A stretch of DNA of 64,000 bases from Ramazzottius varieornatus (Eukaryota; Animalia; Tardigrada): assembly GCA_001949185.1 (NCBI GenBank), contig BDGG01000002.1, forward strand, positions 5,384,448 to 5,448,447, in the 5' to 3' direction. The position numbers and the translations under genes were made by a program. The notes below the pieces were generated by a model. That model saw only the letters and a list, made by a program, of their open reading frames with translations, ran no database searches and had not been told where the DNA came from. Numbering within the stretch: position 1 is the stretch's first letter; each line of letters starts with the position of its first letter. Of this stretch, positions 1 through 12,236 are shown piece by piece.

Positions 1-1770
1 AAACGATCGAAGACGAATAAATGGTAAAGTCAACAGGCAGCATTCATCCGTGATACGTTTCTCCTGAAAAAGTTCCATTGTTCCATGTATACAAAAGATC
101 TGAAAATCTTTCTATGTAGAGTGTAAGCGTAAATTCTTACCAGTCAAAGAATCCATTCGTTGCATTCTCCAGACTTTCTGGGCAGGGGAAGACATAAGAG
201 GCGACATGGGTTCAACATGTGTGATGATCGCAGTTGACTACCATTCATGGAGGCGAAAGCGAAGAGCTGGTTGTGTCAGGGATGATATGGTCCAAAAGGC
301 TGATGGGTTCAAACAGTCGCAGAGATTGATCGCCAAGCCCTGCGTGCAATATAAAGATGATATAGAAGTAATAGCGAGATGATGATACTGCAATTACCAC
401 TGGATCGAACAATCGATCGGAGTATGGGCGCTGTGCTTGCATTCACAGTTCCATACAGACTGCGAGTATTCCTTACTCTGTGCGAGCTGCGAGATCCGAT
501 CCGTAGATCGACAGCCTCCAGTTGCCGACTGCTCAAATGAAATTTACAGCACGCGACTTCAAGATCAAACACTCCACCAAGTGATCCCTAAATGCAGCAG
601 CCTATGTGTGTTTTCCAGCATATTCCCACTCCCACTTCGCGGCTTCCTGCAATCCCAGATGTTAATCCCCTAAGTTTGGATACAGATCACGTATACTTAC
701 AGTACTTGGTCCTCCGCTAAATCGACCAGCCCTCCTTCTTCGTAATGCAGTCAACAGTCTTCAGAATCTCCAACACACGTTCAGCCACCAACAGAGTGAC
801 CCATAACAAAAATATCCGAGAATAAAACTCGACGGAAAGTTATAATAGAAAACGACCAGAAGTTAAGGGTAAACTCCTTGGCTAACTTAAATTGAGAAAA
901 CGGGGCGGATCCGCATAAAGGGCGGATGATGAGAATTTTTATATAACGCGGAAGCTATTCTCTGGAGTCTCGACCTCTGGTCCCGAAAATGCGGACCTCT
1001 GTAGCCATTGCAGTTTCACTGATGGAAGAAGCCTTCTGTGTTCCAGGTCTTCTGAGCGAAGAATCTGATTCTCGCAACTTCGTCGCTCTCTGAAGTCGAT
1101 TTAAGTACGTACGTTTACACTTGGCCTTGGGTGTTTGAATCAGCTGTTTTCTGGTTGAAGACTGAAACTCTCTGATTGAGGAAATCAGATCTCAACGGCT
1201 TGTGGAGTCTGGGCACTTCCGGCAAGCTGAGCCGTGTTCTCGTAGAAGTTGTTATCACGACTTACGAGAATCTTTACAATTAACTCAGCGCGGACATTTT
1301 TTTATGAGAAGGACAAGGCAGAGGAAGCAGCTCTCTGCACTCTGCAGCAGCAGTACCTACCACCGCAAGAAAAGAGGATTGCTTACAGTGAGTTCGCTCG
1401 CATTAGTAGTGAACCAAGCCAGTGTTTTCCTTCATGCTGTTCAAACCGGTTGCATGCATGTAAGGCGTCAGCCAACTTCCGCTGGCATGCCTGAGCACAA
1501 CCGCATTTCTCTTTTGCCGTTTTTGTTGCAGGCATATGCACACCGAAATTCCACCATGATCGCACGTTGTTGCAAGGAGGATTTGTTGTTCTCCTAACAG
1601 TCGCCCACTTGGAAGATTTGAATCAAGATTCTCCAAGTATGAATGCCAGTTCGCTAACTACTCGTAGTTTACTCAAGCTCAGCTCGTTTCCATCTCTGGT
1701 ATTGTAATAATTTGCACGTGTTTTCGTAGGATCTTATCTCTTTTACGTGGTTTATCCGCCCGCATCAAAA

Positions 1771-4700
1771 ATGGAGAACATCCCTCTGAATCTTCCCTTC
1801 TTGTCCTCGTTGCCGTTCTTCAGTTCGTCCACCGTCGCCTTCGCCTGTCAGGTGGTGCTTATGGTCCTGGCTTGGTTTGTGGGAAGGATCCACTGGAGCC
1901 TTTGGTGGATTGTTCTGTATGTTTGTCTTTTCACATAAGACTCGAAAGTCCATATCGCCTCTCGACCTTCTAGTTATTTGTGTCGTCTTGGTATTTTTCT
2001 CCGGTTCGTAGGGGTTCAGTGATGTGGTGGCTGGCTATTCGGAGCAAGCAGAAAGCGACAGCGACAACCGCAGCGTACAAGGCTCTTCAAGTCAACGATC
2101 AGAAATTCGTCCGCGAAGTTGCCGGCGATTACCTGCCTACCTGGGTATATTTTCCAGGTTTGTGTGCGCAGGATATTGATTTTGTTTACCTTAAACCGAC
2201 ACTGTTTCCTGACTGTTTGATCGCGATTGATTATTCTTGCCACTGACATTTCCGTTATCTTTACAGACCAGGAACGCGCCGAATGGTTCAATAGAATGCT
2301 CATGCAAATGTGGCCTTTCATGAACAAATACTTGCAGGACCTCATCGTTAGCATTATGGTAAGACGATCTTGTCTCTTCGTGGAGATCAAAACGGATTAA
2401 GTTCTCCATGGAATTCACCGGTCTTAGGAGCCTGCGGTGAACAGTGCACTTCCGGCGCTGATGAAGTTCCGGTTCGATAGAATAACGATGGGCGACGAAG
2501 CACCTAGAGTCGGCGGTATCAAAGTGTACAAAGAACACATTGCGCGAGGAGAGATCGTTCTGGACGCGGAAGTCCTCTACGCCGGCGACTGCGAAGTGAA
2601 AGCCCGAGTGGGACCTGGGCGTATCGGCTTCAAGGAGATCACACTCCACGGAACAATGCGCATTGTCTTCAAGGTACTTGTTACGTACCAACTTGATGCA
2701 GTCTTTGGAACATTCTTTTGCAATTAAGTCGTTTGTTTATGTAACGAGAGAACAAACGATAACTGGTTTTGATATTTGTAGCCGCTTGTTCCACAAATGC
2801 CTTTCATCGGTGGTATTACGGCGTTCTTCTTGTCGACACCGGCCATCGACTTCAACCTCACCGATCTCGCCGATGTTATGGACATACCAGTGAGTCTTCC
2901 AACTTAATGCTTCCGTGTGCACTGGAACAATGACAACATTATAGGGCTGTGCTGCAAAGAAGATGGTTGTCTTTAGGGCTTATCGGAGTTGATGCGGAAG
3001 GTCGTGCAAGACCAAGTCAACTACTTCCTGGTCCTGCCGAACAAGATTTCAATTCCTCTGGTGGAGGACATTTCGCGCTATGACCTGAAGTTCATTCCTC
3101 CTGACGGTGTCCTGAGAATCTTCGTGGCCGAAGCAGCGGACTTACGCAGGGCGGACGTCGGAATCTTGGGCAAAGGAAAGTCCGACCCTTACTGCATCCT
3201 TCGTGTCGGCGCCCAAATATTCCAGACTCAAGTCATCAAAGAAAATATCAATCCTAACTGGAGGTAATTTTTCTGATTATGCGCTTCTAGACCTGCAGTA
3301 GCACAGATGGAAAACATGATGGTCAGTTTCTTCAGAAAAAGCGTATTTCAATTTTCACTTTTTCCCTAGCGAGTATTTCGAGATGGTGGTCGACCAAGCT
3401 TCCGGTCAGTCTATTGACCTTGAGGTTTTCGACAAAGATCAAGGTATTTGCTTGATCCATGGGCGATGTTTGATTGATCACCCATGGGGATGTTTGTTTG
3501 ATCAAGGTAACGACGATGATTTCCTGGGTCGCCTCAGCATAGACATTTATCCGATTGCGAAAGAAGGAACCATTGACAAGTGGTTCCGCTTGGACGACTG
3601 CGACACCGGCAACATTCGACTGCGTTTTTACTGGATGGGTCTGTCAGCGGAATCCAGCAACATCAACGCCGTGATTCGCGAAACCGCTATGCTCAGTGAT
3701 CGAGTTAATCTCGCAACCTGTCTGCTGATGGTAAGCTAACTGTATTTCGGGTTGACTTTAGATGAGTGCGAATAGCTGAAGCAAAGTCAATATTTGACAG
3801 GTTTTCATCGACAGCGCCAAGTCCCTCCCGAATGTCAAGAAGATTGCCGCTGAGCCTTTCCCGTACTGTATAGCCACCACAGGGAAGAACCAAGCGTACC
3901 GTACGGTGACTGTCAAGAAAACGTATGACCCAGTGTGGGAAAGTCAGCACTCGTTCTTGATCTACGACCCAAAAGAAGAAATAATAAACTTTTCAATTTT
4001 CGACGAAAAGACGACGAAGAGGTTGGGGTGGGCGGAGATACCCATAAGGAAGCTGCTGGAACAGAACAATATGGAAATGAGCGGCATGTTCCGGCTGCAG
4101 AATTCGGGCACCGCCAGCGAACTTCGACTGAATCTGAGACTTAGAATACTACGCCCGATCTCTCTGGCGGAAGCGGTGAGCAGTGCTGGGAAGGTGGAGG
4201 TGAACCCGGACCTAACCACGTCGGTAGCTACGAACGCTGTTGACACAGTGACGAAGACTGCACTACCGTCTACCGGAAATGAACCAGTGACCGCTAAGGA
4301 ATTTGCCGAACAGGTATACAGTAGTAAATACTTGCAAATGTTTTCTTTTCTCCCGCATGAATTTTTCTTAGACATGCGTTCACAAGTCTTGTTAATACTT
4401 TCGCATATTATTTTTTGAATATTCATGGATTTTTTCTGTATGTCTTGTAGGTGAAGGGAAGCACACCAATAGCAGTGGCTCTTCCCCCTGTCGACCAGCG
4501 TTTTACGCCCAAGTCCGACATTTCCTTTCCCGTCGACTTGAGAGCTGAAAGTCAGATACCGCCGCCGGAGTCAGTCCAAGGCGCAGCCATCAAACTAACT
4601 CTACGTTTTGGAGAAGCCAACAGAAACCTGATTGTGGTCGTCAGCGAAGTAGTCAACTTGACCAAGATGACTGCAGGCCAAAACGGAAACCATAATTACT

Positions 4701-4972
4701 ACGTATCAATCACCAGTTTCCCGTTCAAGACCAAGAGACGAACACGGGAGTTTGTCGGCGACCCTGACAAACAGTCATACGAAGAAACCCTGGAGTTCCC
4801 GGTGGACAATGAGATTTTGCTGAAGACTGCGTACCTCGAAGTGAAGATCAAGACCAAGACCGGTGCGTTCAGTAAGGATGCCTTGGCGCAGGTGTTGGTA
4901 CCTTTGGAAAACGTCATCGGCATCAGCTCCCATACCGCGTGGTACAATCTCGAAGAACCTGACCATAAGTGA
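1771..4972 (+). CDS. ESYT2: Extended synaptotagmin (hydrophobic N-terminal hairpin, SMP domain, three C2 domains); multi-exon
   Basis: Spliced frames give LPTWVYFP/DQERAEWFN, FRFDRITMGDEAPRVGGIKVY and GITAFFLSTPAIDFNL (SMP); GVLRIFVAEAADLRRADVGILGKGKSDPYCILRVG (C2A); C2B and a divergent C2C ending WYNLEEPDHK*. GT-AG introns. Confidence 0.93.
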
Positions 4973-5333
4973 TTCTTGCCCAGCGAAAGACAGCTTACCA
5001 TGAACCTGATAACTTATGTCCATTTACATAGAAGAACTAGTCGTTGTGGATCGGTGACTTCCGGTCAGAGTAGCCTTCGGTCTTCCAATTTTATTTTTAT
5101 AGTACTGTACCCGATAATGCTGGAATGTTAATCATAACCGACGAAGATATTTTTGTTGCCAAATTTATTGCTTCGCCAAATTTCTGTAAGACTGTATACG
5201 TACTAACCGATTCGGGAAGAGCAACTTTCCGTCAGCTGTCACAGTAGAATTTGTATAATTATTCTGTATGGGACTCGCTATAGGTACGATACGAATAATT
5301 GTAGTCCGTGTCTCTTACTATCTTTACTGAAAA

Positions 5334-6269
5334 CTATAGGATTCCAGAGGAAGTTCCAGGTGCGAAGAATTGTATCCGCCTATCTTGGGTTTTGAAGTGG
5401 TAGATCTTCCTATGCTTCCTCGAAGGCTCTTCAGATTCTCGGATATCGATGGACAACTAAAATAATATGAAACGGCTTCAGATAGCAGCTGTTCGTAACT
5501 TGCGTACTGTACGCAATAAAGCATGACACTTCTTTGCAAGTTTGCACAAAGGGAAGCAGCCTACCTGTCCATCGATTTCCGAACTCAAACCGCTTGAGAG
5601 ACCAGAAGTCTCAAGGAACCAGTTCGCGTAATGAAAGAGGAAGTTCCGCAATATAACATCGACACCGTCGTCCTTCCCACAGGTAGCGTATATAACCAGA
5701 ATTCCGTCCTTGACAAGGCTCTTCAAACTGATTATCAGCTGGAGGACTTCGTTGACCGGGAAGCCCAGATCTAACACAAGTGCGAGATCCTCCAAAAATA
5801 GACAAGGAAGCTGGTCAGGGTGAGACTGCCGAATTTTTCTGACCGCAGTTCTGAGCTCTTCGTAAATTTCACGAAGGAGCGACTTTCCCTGTCCATCGAC
5901 AGCACTGCAAGTACATCACGGAGTAATGTACTTTCCATAATGTCGGGAACATTGTAGATACTTGCTGTTCGACGCGAATCGGGACATCTTCAATCCTTCG
6001 ACGAAGCTAAGTTGTCCGGAAGTCAGGTAGCTTTGTAGTCCGAAGCCGCATTTTGCCATTACGGCTTTGTAGTGGCTCAGGTTTTCGGACAAAGAGAGCA
6101 TAACACAGGAAAGCTTTCGTCGTAGACAAACAGATAACAGGTGCTGTTGCACAAAGCTACCTTGTGGACGGGGAACAGGCAGATCTTCCCGATCTGACAC
6201 CACTATGCATGATCCAGCCGGTGGAGTACTGTCTTCCAGCTCGAGGTATTTACTAAGTTGTGCGAGCAT
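5334..6269 (-). CDS. ELP6: Elongator complex protein 6; 3 exons
   Basis: GSFVQQHLLSVCL...SLSENLSHYKAVMAKCGFGL...GQLSFVEGLK and C-terminus SGLSSEIDGQ/LSIDIR...YHFKTQDRRIQFFAPGTSSGIL* match ELP6 family motifs. Confidence 0.88.
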
Positions 6270-6308
6270 GATAGCAGGTTACCTGTGCTGCCGAAGCGGT
6301 ATCCAGCA

Positions 6309-6330
6309 GACTTCCGGCAGTGACTTCCGG
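6309..6330. promoter_or_regulatory. Tandem ETS/GABP-type sites (ACTTCCGG x2) immediately upstream of ELP6
   Basis: gACTTCCGGcagtgACTTCCGG lies 40-60 bp upstream of the ELP6 ATG; this motif is typical of animal housekeeping promoters. Confidence 0.45.
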
Positions 6331-7335
6331 TCAAAAACAACGGAACCGTGACCGTCCGCTCTCCCGCACCTTCCTTGAATAGTCTTTCGCAAAATTAAAG
6401 GCTGTGGATGCGCTCTCCGTAGGTCGGTTGAAATCCGGATGCACGCAGCCGATTTTGAGTCATGGGTTTCGAAGGTGGAAGTGGAGATATACTCTCTAGC
6501 AGTGGAGTGCTGCTAAAAGGAGCCTCCACTTGCACATGGCCTGCCACAACCGCAAGCCGTCGAAAACGGCGTTTATTAGTCATTATCAAACAGTTGGTAA
6601 TGTGCAAGTCGTGCAGACTTCCACACAGAGGCACCCGGTGCAAACAATCTCGCTCGCGGTTTTTTCAGCCCATCGGTTGCTTGTGTTTGGCGAGACGGTT
6701 TTCTATTGTTGCTGGCATCCCTTGATTGAATGTAGAGCTAATTTTGAGTTTTTTCAGTAGATTACATCACATTACGTACGGCCCGGTACGGTATGTAATC
6801 AGCGTATGACGTACACCATATCGGTCCTGCCTAGTTGTTAGCGTAACGCAATCAATCAATCGCTCAATCACTGTGTTTGACGTCCCAGCAAGGCACCCTT
6901 TAGCAGCTCATGTATGCTCTCTAGTGAAAGCAGGAAGACAAGAAAGGAAGAAATTTTTCCTAACAGTGTCACAGCGAGTCAGTGACAGCTGTATCGATCC
7001 AATCAAGTGTCTCCAATCAATGGACAGCGAGCATGGTATTCTAAATGTGCTTGACGTCACGCGCAGTCACGTACGACAAATTGACAGGCCTTCCAAGGTT
7101 TTGTCTCCCCACTGATGCTACTGCTACTTTAATTTCCCGTCATCCCGATGTTCCGTCCGTTGACTTATTTGCTGGTCTGACTAGCGACCATGGAGCTGTG
7201 GAATACGGGAGGCTGAGGATCGTCCGACGTTCAAGAGACACTGACGCGAATTTATGGAACTGGTGATTCATCGACATTTCCATCGTCTGGCGTCTTTAGA
7301 GTTTTCCTGCGAAGGTCGTGGAGTAGTGGAGAATA

Positions 7336-10300
7336 ATGGCTGTCGCGGACATTCGTCGACCAGAAAACATCAACATCTCCCAGGTTCTGCGCATTAACTC
7401 GTTCTCACTGGAGGATGGCCACATTGTAATATGCTTCACTCCTCTCAGCGCACTACGGCACTAGTGTGAACTACTATTCAACATTTTTACAGTGTTTTTG
7501 TTCTTGCAGTTCTATTACATCCAGGTAACATTTGGACAATATTACTGGCAGTGCAAACGTCGATATAGCGAGTTCAAAACGCTACACGATAAGGTAGGGA
7601 CACTGTTCGCGAGTCGAATGCAGTGGGGAGTACTGCGAAGAACTCGGGCTCACTGCTTTCTCTAATGTAGATGATTAGTGATCACAGAGTGGATTCTGAT
7701 CTTCTTCCCGCAAAGTACATCTTTGGGGTGAAGAACGAGGCCTTCTTGAAGAAACGGCAGGTGGACCTAGAGGTAATGACCCTTGACGAAAGGGTTTTAT
7801 CCTTATGCTTGTAACTCATAACGTCTACACGCGCAATTTAATCTTGATGATCTTCTCCAACTACTAGGTCTACCTTTTACGGTTATGGCACCATTTGAGG
7901 CAGTTCCCAAGTGCATTAGCAGAGTTCCTCGATTTTCATCTTTATGTAAGCAAAGTGTGTGTGATGGGTACTGTATGCTGATTGGTAACTGGAAGATATT
8001 ATTCTTGCTTCTGCAGGAAATACACTTCGTAACGGAAAACCTCTGTAAACTGCTTCAAAGAGTCGAGCAGGAAGGCGGAAGGGACTCATTTTCATTCACG
8101 CCCATCCAAATTTACGCCATCAACAAAAGACGCCAGTTACCTGAACCGACTTTCGGTTCCAGCGATAAAGGTCGTGACTTCGGTCATCTCTTGGACTTCG
8201 TTCATCGGCTAAAGACGGTTAAGGTAAGCACGACTCGCTGAACAAAGTACGTGCTCCAGCTATACTGAACTGGACCAGTAGGAGGTTGCTTTCATCTGCA
8301 GAAGTTTCTGTTGCAGATTGTAGGCAGCGAGAGTCTTTTAGGAACATCAAATATTGTGGAGAACCAACTTCCTCTTGATCTGATGATTTTTAAGTCAGCA
8401 GAGCACCTAACTGTGAGTTCTTCTGAAGCTTGTATTGGAGCCCCATATAATTGGTTGATTGTGTTCTGTTTGGCGAAATTACAGTTGGACCAACTACGAA
8501 CCACTGAACTGTCCGGTTTGGAAAACGTGAGAGCTACCGTTCGAGTTCTCAGAATACACCGAACCCTGCAAACCCTGTCCGTGCTGCTGCTTCGCGATGC
8601 GGATGGTTGGTTTGCTCAAGATGATGCCGAATACCCGAGGTGCCTGTACTGGCAGAAGATCGTGGTGGCGGATTTCAGCAGTAACAGGATTGAAGTACTG
8701 GAGCCATCCTTGGTGAGTCAAAAACGCGTATTAAAATTTGCATGGATGGACGCTGCTAGAACTACAATATACGTCTTTGTTCCTTATGTTGTAGAAACTG
8801 TTGAACAACGTGGAGCATCTGGACCTTTCCAGCAATCAGCTCCGGTCTCTTGACCATTTAAATCGTCTCCATAATCTGCAGAAGCTGTGCCTCTCTAAAA
8901 ACTATCTTGCCGAACTGGAAGATCTTCACGCAAAGCTGGGAAACGTGCAGGAAATCAATCTGTCCCACAATCAACTTCAGACTCTCAAAGGTGATCTGTC
9001 GTTGAACGCTTAAATGGTCATTATAGAGTTTGCGAGTACAGGTAAGGTCTCATAAACTGCCATCATATTTGCGACTCTCAGGTTGTAGTCTCAGATTCGG
9101 ACAAATCAACTCCGCCCCAATCAAGCTTTATGAGAGTCAAAACTGACGTCACCACCTGTGCATGCGAAGAATTTCGCCTCGCGGTCTCACGTTTGTGCAC
9201 TCTCATATCGCAATGCTTGCTCTGCCGACCGGAAGTAAAAAGCTCTGACCGGATCTGCAGGGATGTCTTGACTCTTGACCATCTTTTACTCTCCCGAACT
9301 CACTTTAACATTTTGCATGGCACGAAAAGGAGACCACAACACGCACGATAAGGCGAAAGTCAAAGGAGGCACATCGAGGACATATCCGATAACGCGAGGG
9401 ATACGCCTGTTTCTCATTTTCTACTTCAGCAACTTTAGTGCAGCTTCCTACTGTCTTAAGCCTGGCTATACAGATACCCGCAGACCACATAATCGGCAGC
9501 CTCAACTGGTTGCTCCGGGGAGAAAGCGGCCATCGTGGATGACATGGAATCCTGAGCATTGTTGCTTAATGCTCACTGCGCCGAGGTTGCACGACAGTCC
9601 GAAAGTGATACTGCTCTCGTCCATCGAATGTCAGCCGGCTAGTCAGGCTCATGGCCTCTGGTAATCTGGAAGTATCCTGGTGCTATGAAGTTCACGGATA
9701 ATAGCAAATCTCCAAGCTTGAGTCGCGATTCCTCGGGCATCGTGAGAGTGGAAGTGCGCCACTGAAGTAGGGTTAGATGCGTATAATGTTATGTCGTAAT
9801 CTCTTGTGAAAGTTTGACACCGTACGCTGCGGTTCAAAATCACGAGAGCAGCGGCCTTCAGGCTCCGGAACGCGCAGGGATACGCAAAAGTTAGAGGGGA
9901 TAATTTACCGGACGGTCTCAGAAATTTCAGTCTCATCGAAATTTCAGTTTTCCATGAGACTAGTCGGGCACGGTCTCAGAATCGAAGTCTCGGAACGAGT
10001 CGACCAATAGCAGTCTTTCAGCGTGTTCGAGCCGGCCCACGACCCGTCGAAACATGAGGCCGAAAGATAAAAGTGGCTTTTTATGAGACCTGACCTGACC
10101 TGTCCTCGCAATCTCTATATTGTGCTTGAATCCGAATAACGGTTGTTTTTTCTGCAGGTCTGGCGAAGATGTACAGCCTAGAGAGCCTTGATATCAGCGA
10201 CAACGAAATTTCTGGTGTGGCCGAAGTGCAGCATCTGCGAAAACTTCCCTGTCTAGCGAAGCTAAACTTGACATCCAATCCAATCACACTTGTTGTCGAT

Positions 10301-10630
10301 TACCGGATCAAAATACTCGCATGCTTCGAAGCACGTGCAAACGAGGTAAGTTTTCCAGTTCGTTCTGGACTATGTGAAAATTCAGAGCTCGCAAAACACT
10401 GTTATTGTTTGCAGGTGAATCTCGATGGCTCTCCGGGAACTGCTCAAGAAATCAGTCACGTGAACATCTTGATGGCTCTGAAAAAGTCCCAGACAAGCGC
10501 CATCCACTTACGCAAACGACCATCAGACGTAAACGTCACGATGGGATCACCGCGGAGTTCTCCGGCTAGCCCGGCTCCAGGCCACGCAGTACTCCAGCCT
10601 ACGCCTTCTTCCAGTACTGCCGCCACATGA
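7336..10630 (+). CDS. NISCH: Nischarin-like PX + leucine-rich-repeat protein (short form); multi-exon, one ~1.17 kb intron
   Basis: PX motif YYIQVTFGQYYWQCKRRYSEFKTLHDK, AEFLDFHLY/EIH, DFGHLLDF, GTSNIVENQLPLDL, then LRRs (LDLSSNQL, LSKNYL, LSHNQL, LTSNPITLVVDYRIKIL). Confidence 0.88.
9022..10119. mobile_element. Non-autonomous DNA transposon with terminal inverted repeats inside a nischarin intron
   Basis: Left end tatagagtttgcgagtacaggtaaggtctcataaa versus reverse complement of right end tatagagattgcgaggacaggtcaggtcaggtctcataaa. TA flanks both TAGAG/CTCTA termini. Repeated subterminal GTCTCA motifs. No transposase ORF recognised. Confidence 0.8.
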
Positions 10631-10920
10631 ATCTTTCCCATAGTTTGATTTGATCTCGCTCTGACATAACTTTCCAGGACCAGTTTGATCCTTTTGTCTG
10701 GCTTTCAGCCTTCTTTAAGTTTGTAACGACGATAAGTTAGCCATAGACTGCGAAATACATTCTTTTTGCGTGCCAGAATTCCCCGTGATACATCACCGAA
10801 GTTTGGTAGTCACTCCACAGGTGTGTTTTTGTTTTACTTTTCATTTTATAATTTTACAGAAGTTGTATTACTTGTATATGGCCAAAGTTCGTGACCAAAA
10901 CGTTGGACACATTTTCACAA

Positions 10921-11525
10921 CTATCTTGGGTTTCCCGTCATAGGTCCCGCGTAATGACGAGGTAACCTGTGACCGGGTTTCTTGGGCATGATCGTCTTGG
11001 TTCCCGTCGACTTCATGAATACTTTCTTCAGCAGACCAGCTTTACCGGCCTGATACGCCAGTCTGTCGATGTTCGCCTGCTGATATGCACATAACCCCGT
11101 AATGTACCTGTGCAAGACGGTACCCTTTCCTGGCTTTAAGAACTGTTGTATTATCAGGACATCCGTGTACTTCAGTGGCAGGTTTAGGTCGCAGAGTGGA
11201 CAACATCCTTTCTCCGCATTCGGGCCCTGAAAAGGATACCATTATATCGATCAACTACACTCTTACGTATCTCGCACGGTTATTAAACAATCGACTTCCG
11301 GTCCCTAACCTTCACAACAATTTTGTCGTAATGATGATCCAAGTAGTTCGCCTCGATAACGGTCACATCGCCCTCTTCTTTTTCTTCGATATGCTTGATG
11401 CGCAGAGCAGGCGTCATCCAGAACGAGCGAGTACTAGTAAGCGCAGTGGTGGGAGTACGTGACAAACCACCGACCAATGTCCGTGTAGCTTGCGCTAGAA
11501 GAAAGAAAGTTTTCACCGATGCCAT
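10921..11525 (-). CDS. MRPS18A: Mitochondrial ribosomal protein S18a (mL66); 2 exons
   Basis: Basic presequence, IKHIEEKEEGDVTVIEA, then spliced CPLCDLNLPLKYTDVLIIQQFL...HRYITGLC...AGKAGLL (S18 zinc motif). Confidence 0.88.
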
Positions 11526-12236
11526 CGTTCAGCACTCGGACAGAATACACCACCACAGTTCGCTGGTGCCAGCTGTTCGGAAAGGGACAACCACGGCTGG
11601 TCTCCACTAAAGATCGCTTTCGCAGAATCCGCACTGCAGGTTCAGGTTAGGCTAAAGCTGTGCGGAAACGATTGCAGAGACTTCGCGTTGAGCTAGAGGT
11701 TCGTCGCCAAGTATTTTGTCCCGAAACAGAAACAACGTCATAGCAGCATTTCAGCCGACCAACGGATGAGAAGAGAACCCCAAGAGTCACACTAAAGAAG
11801 GGAAGAACACAACTTGAAATTGGAAAATCTTTTGCAAACACAACAAAGTTTAGTCTACGGCAGCGATCGGGAGGAGAACAGATCTTGACGCAGACGGAAA
11901 CCCTAAAGCAAATTTTGCTTGGCCTACCAAAAAACCTACGCTTCAATCAAAATCAATGCTGTCTGACACGTCTTTTGCGTTTAGATCAACTAATCAAGTC
12001 ATGTTGTTATACATGGCTCAGCATGATATACCATTACTCAGCAGTTTTTCCAGGTCACGTGGAAGTAAGAGATCTGTTTACTCCCGAGCACTGATTGTGA
12101 CTAGCTTATGCGCTGCGCAGTTCGCACCTCCGGCAGAATACTGGATTTCCTTCCAACATCCAGGACTTATCTTCACCTTTGGAACACTCGCATACGGGTT
12201 TCCCTGCCTCGCCTCGTCAACCTGGACATCGACGAA

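Noticed and set aside
9275-9664. 129-aa ORF inside the TIR element as a transposase
   Set aside because: No DDE, BED-finger or HTH-like motifs recognisable; short, with a non-ATG start.
7336-10630. Nischarin appears truncated relative to the vertebrate protein
   Set aside because: Short PX+LRR forms are expected in invertebrates, and the ORF ends cleanly.
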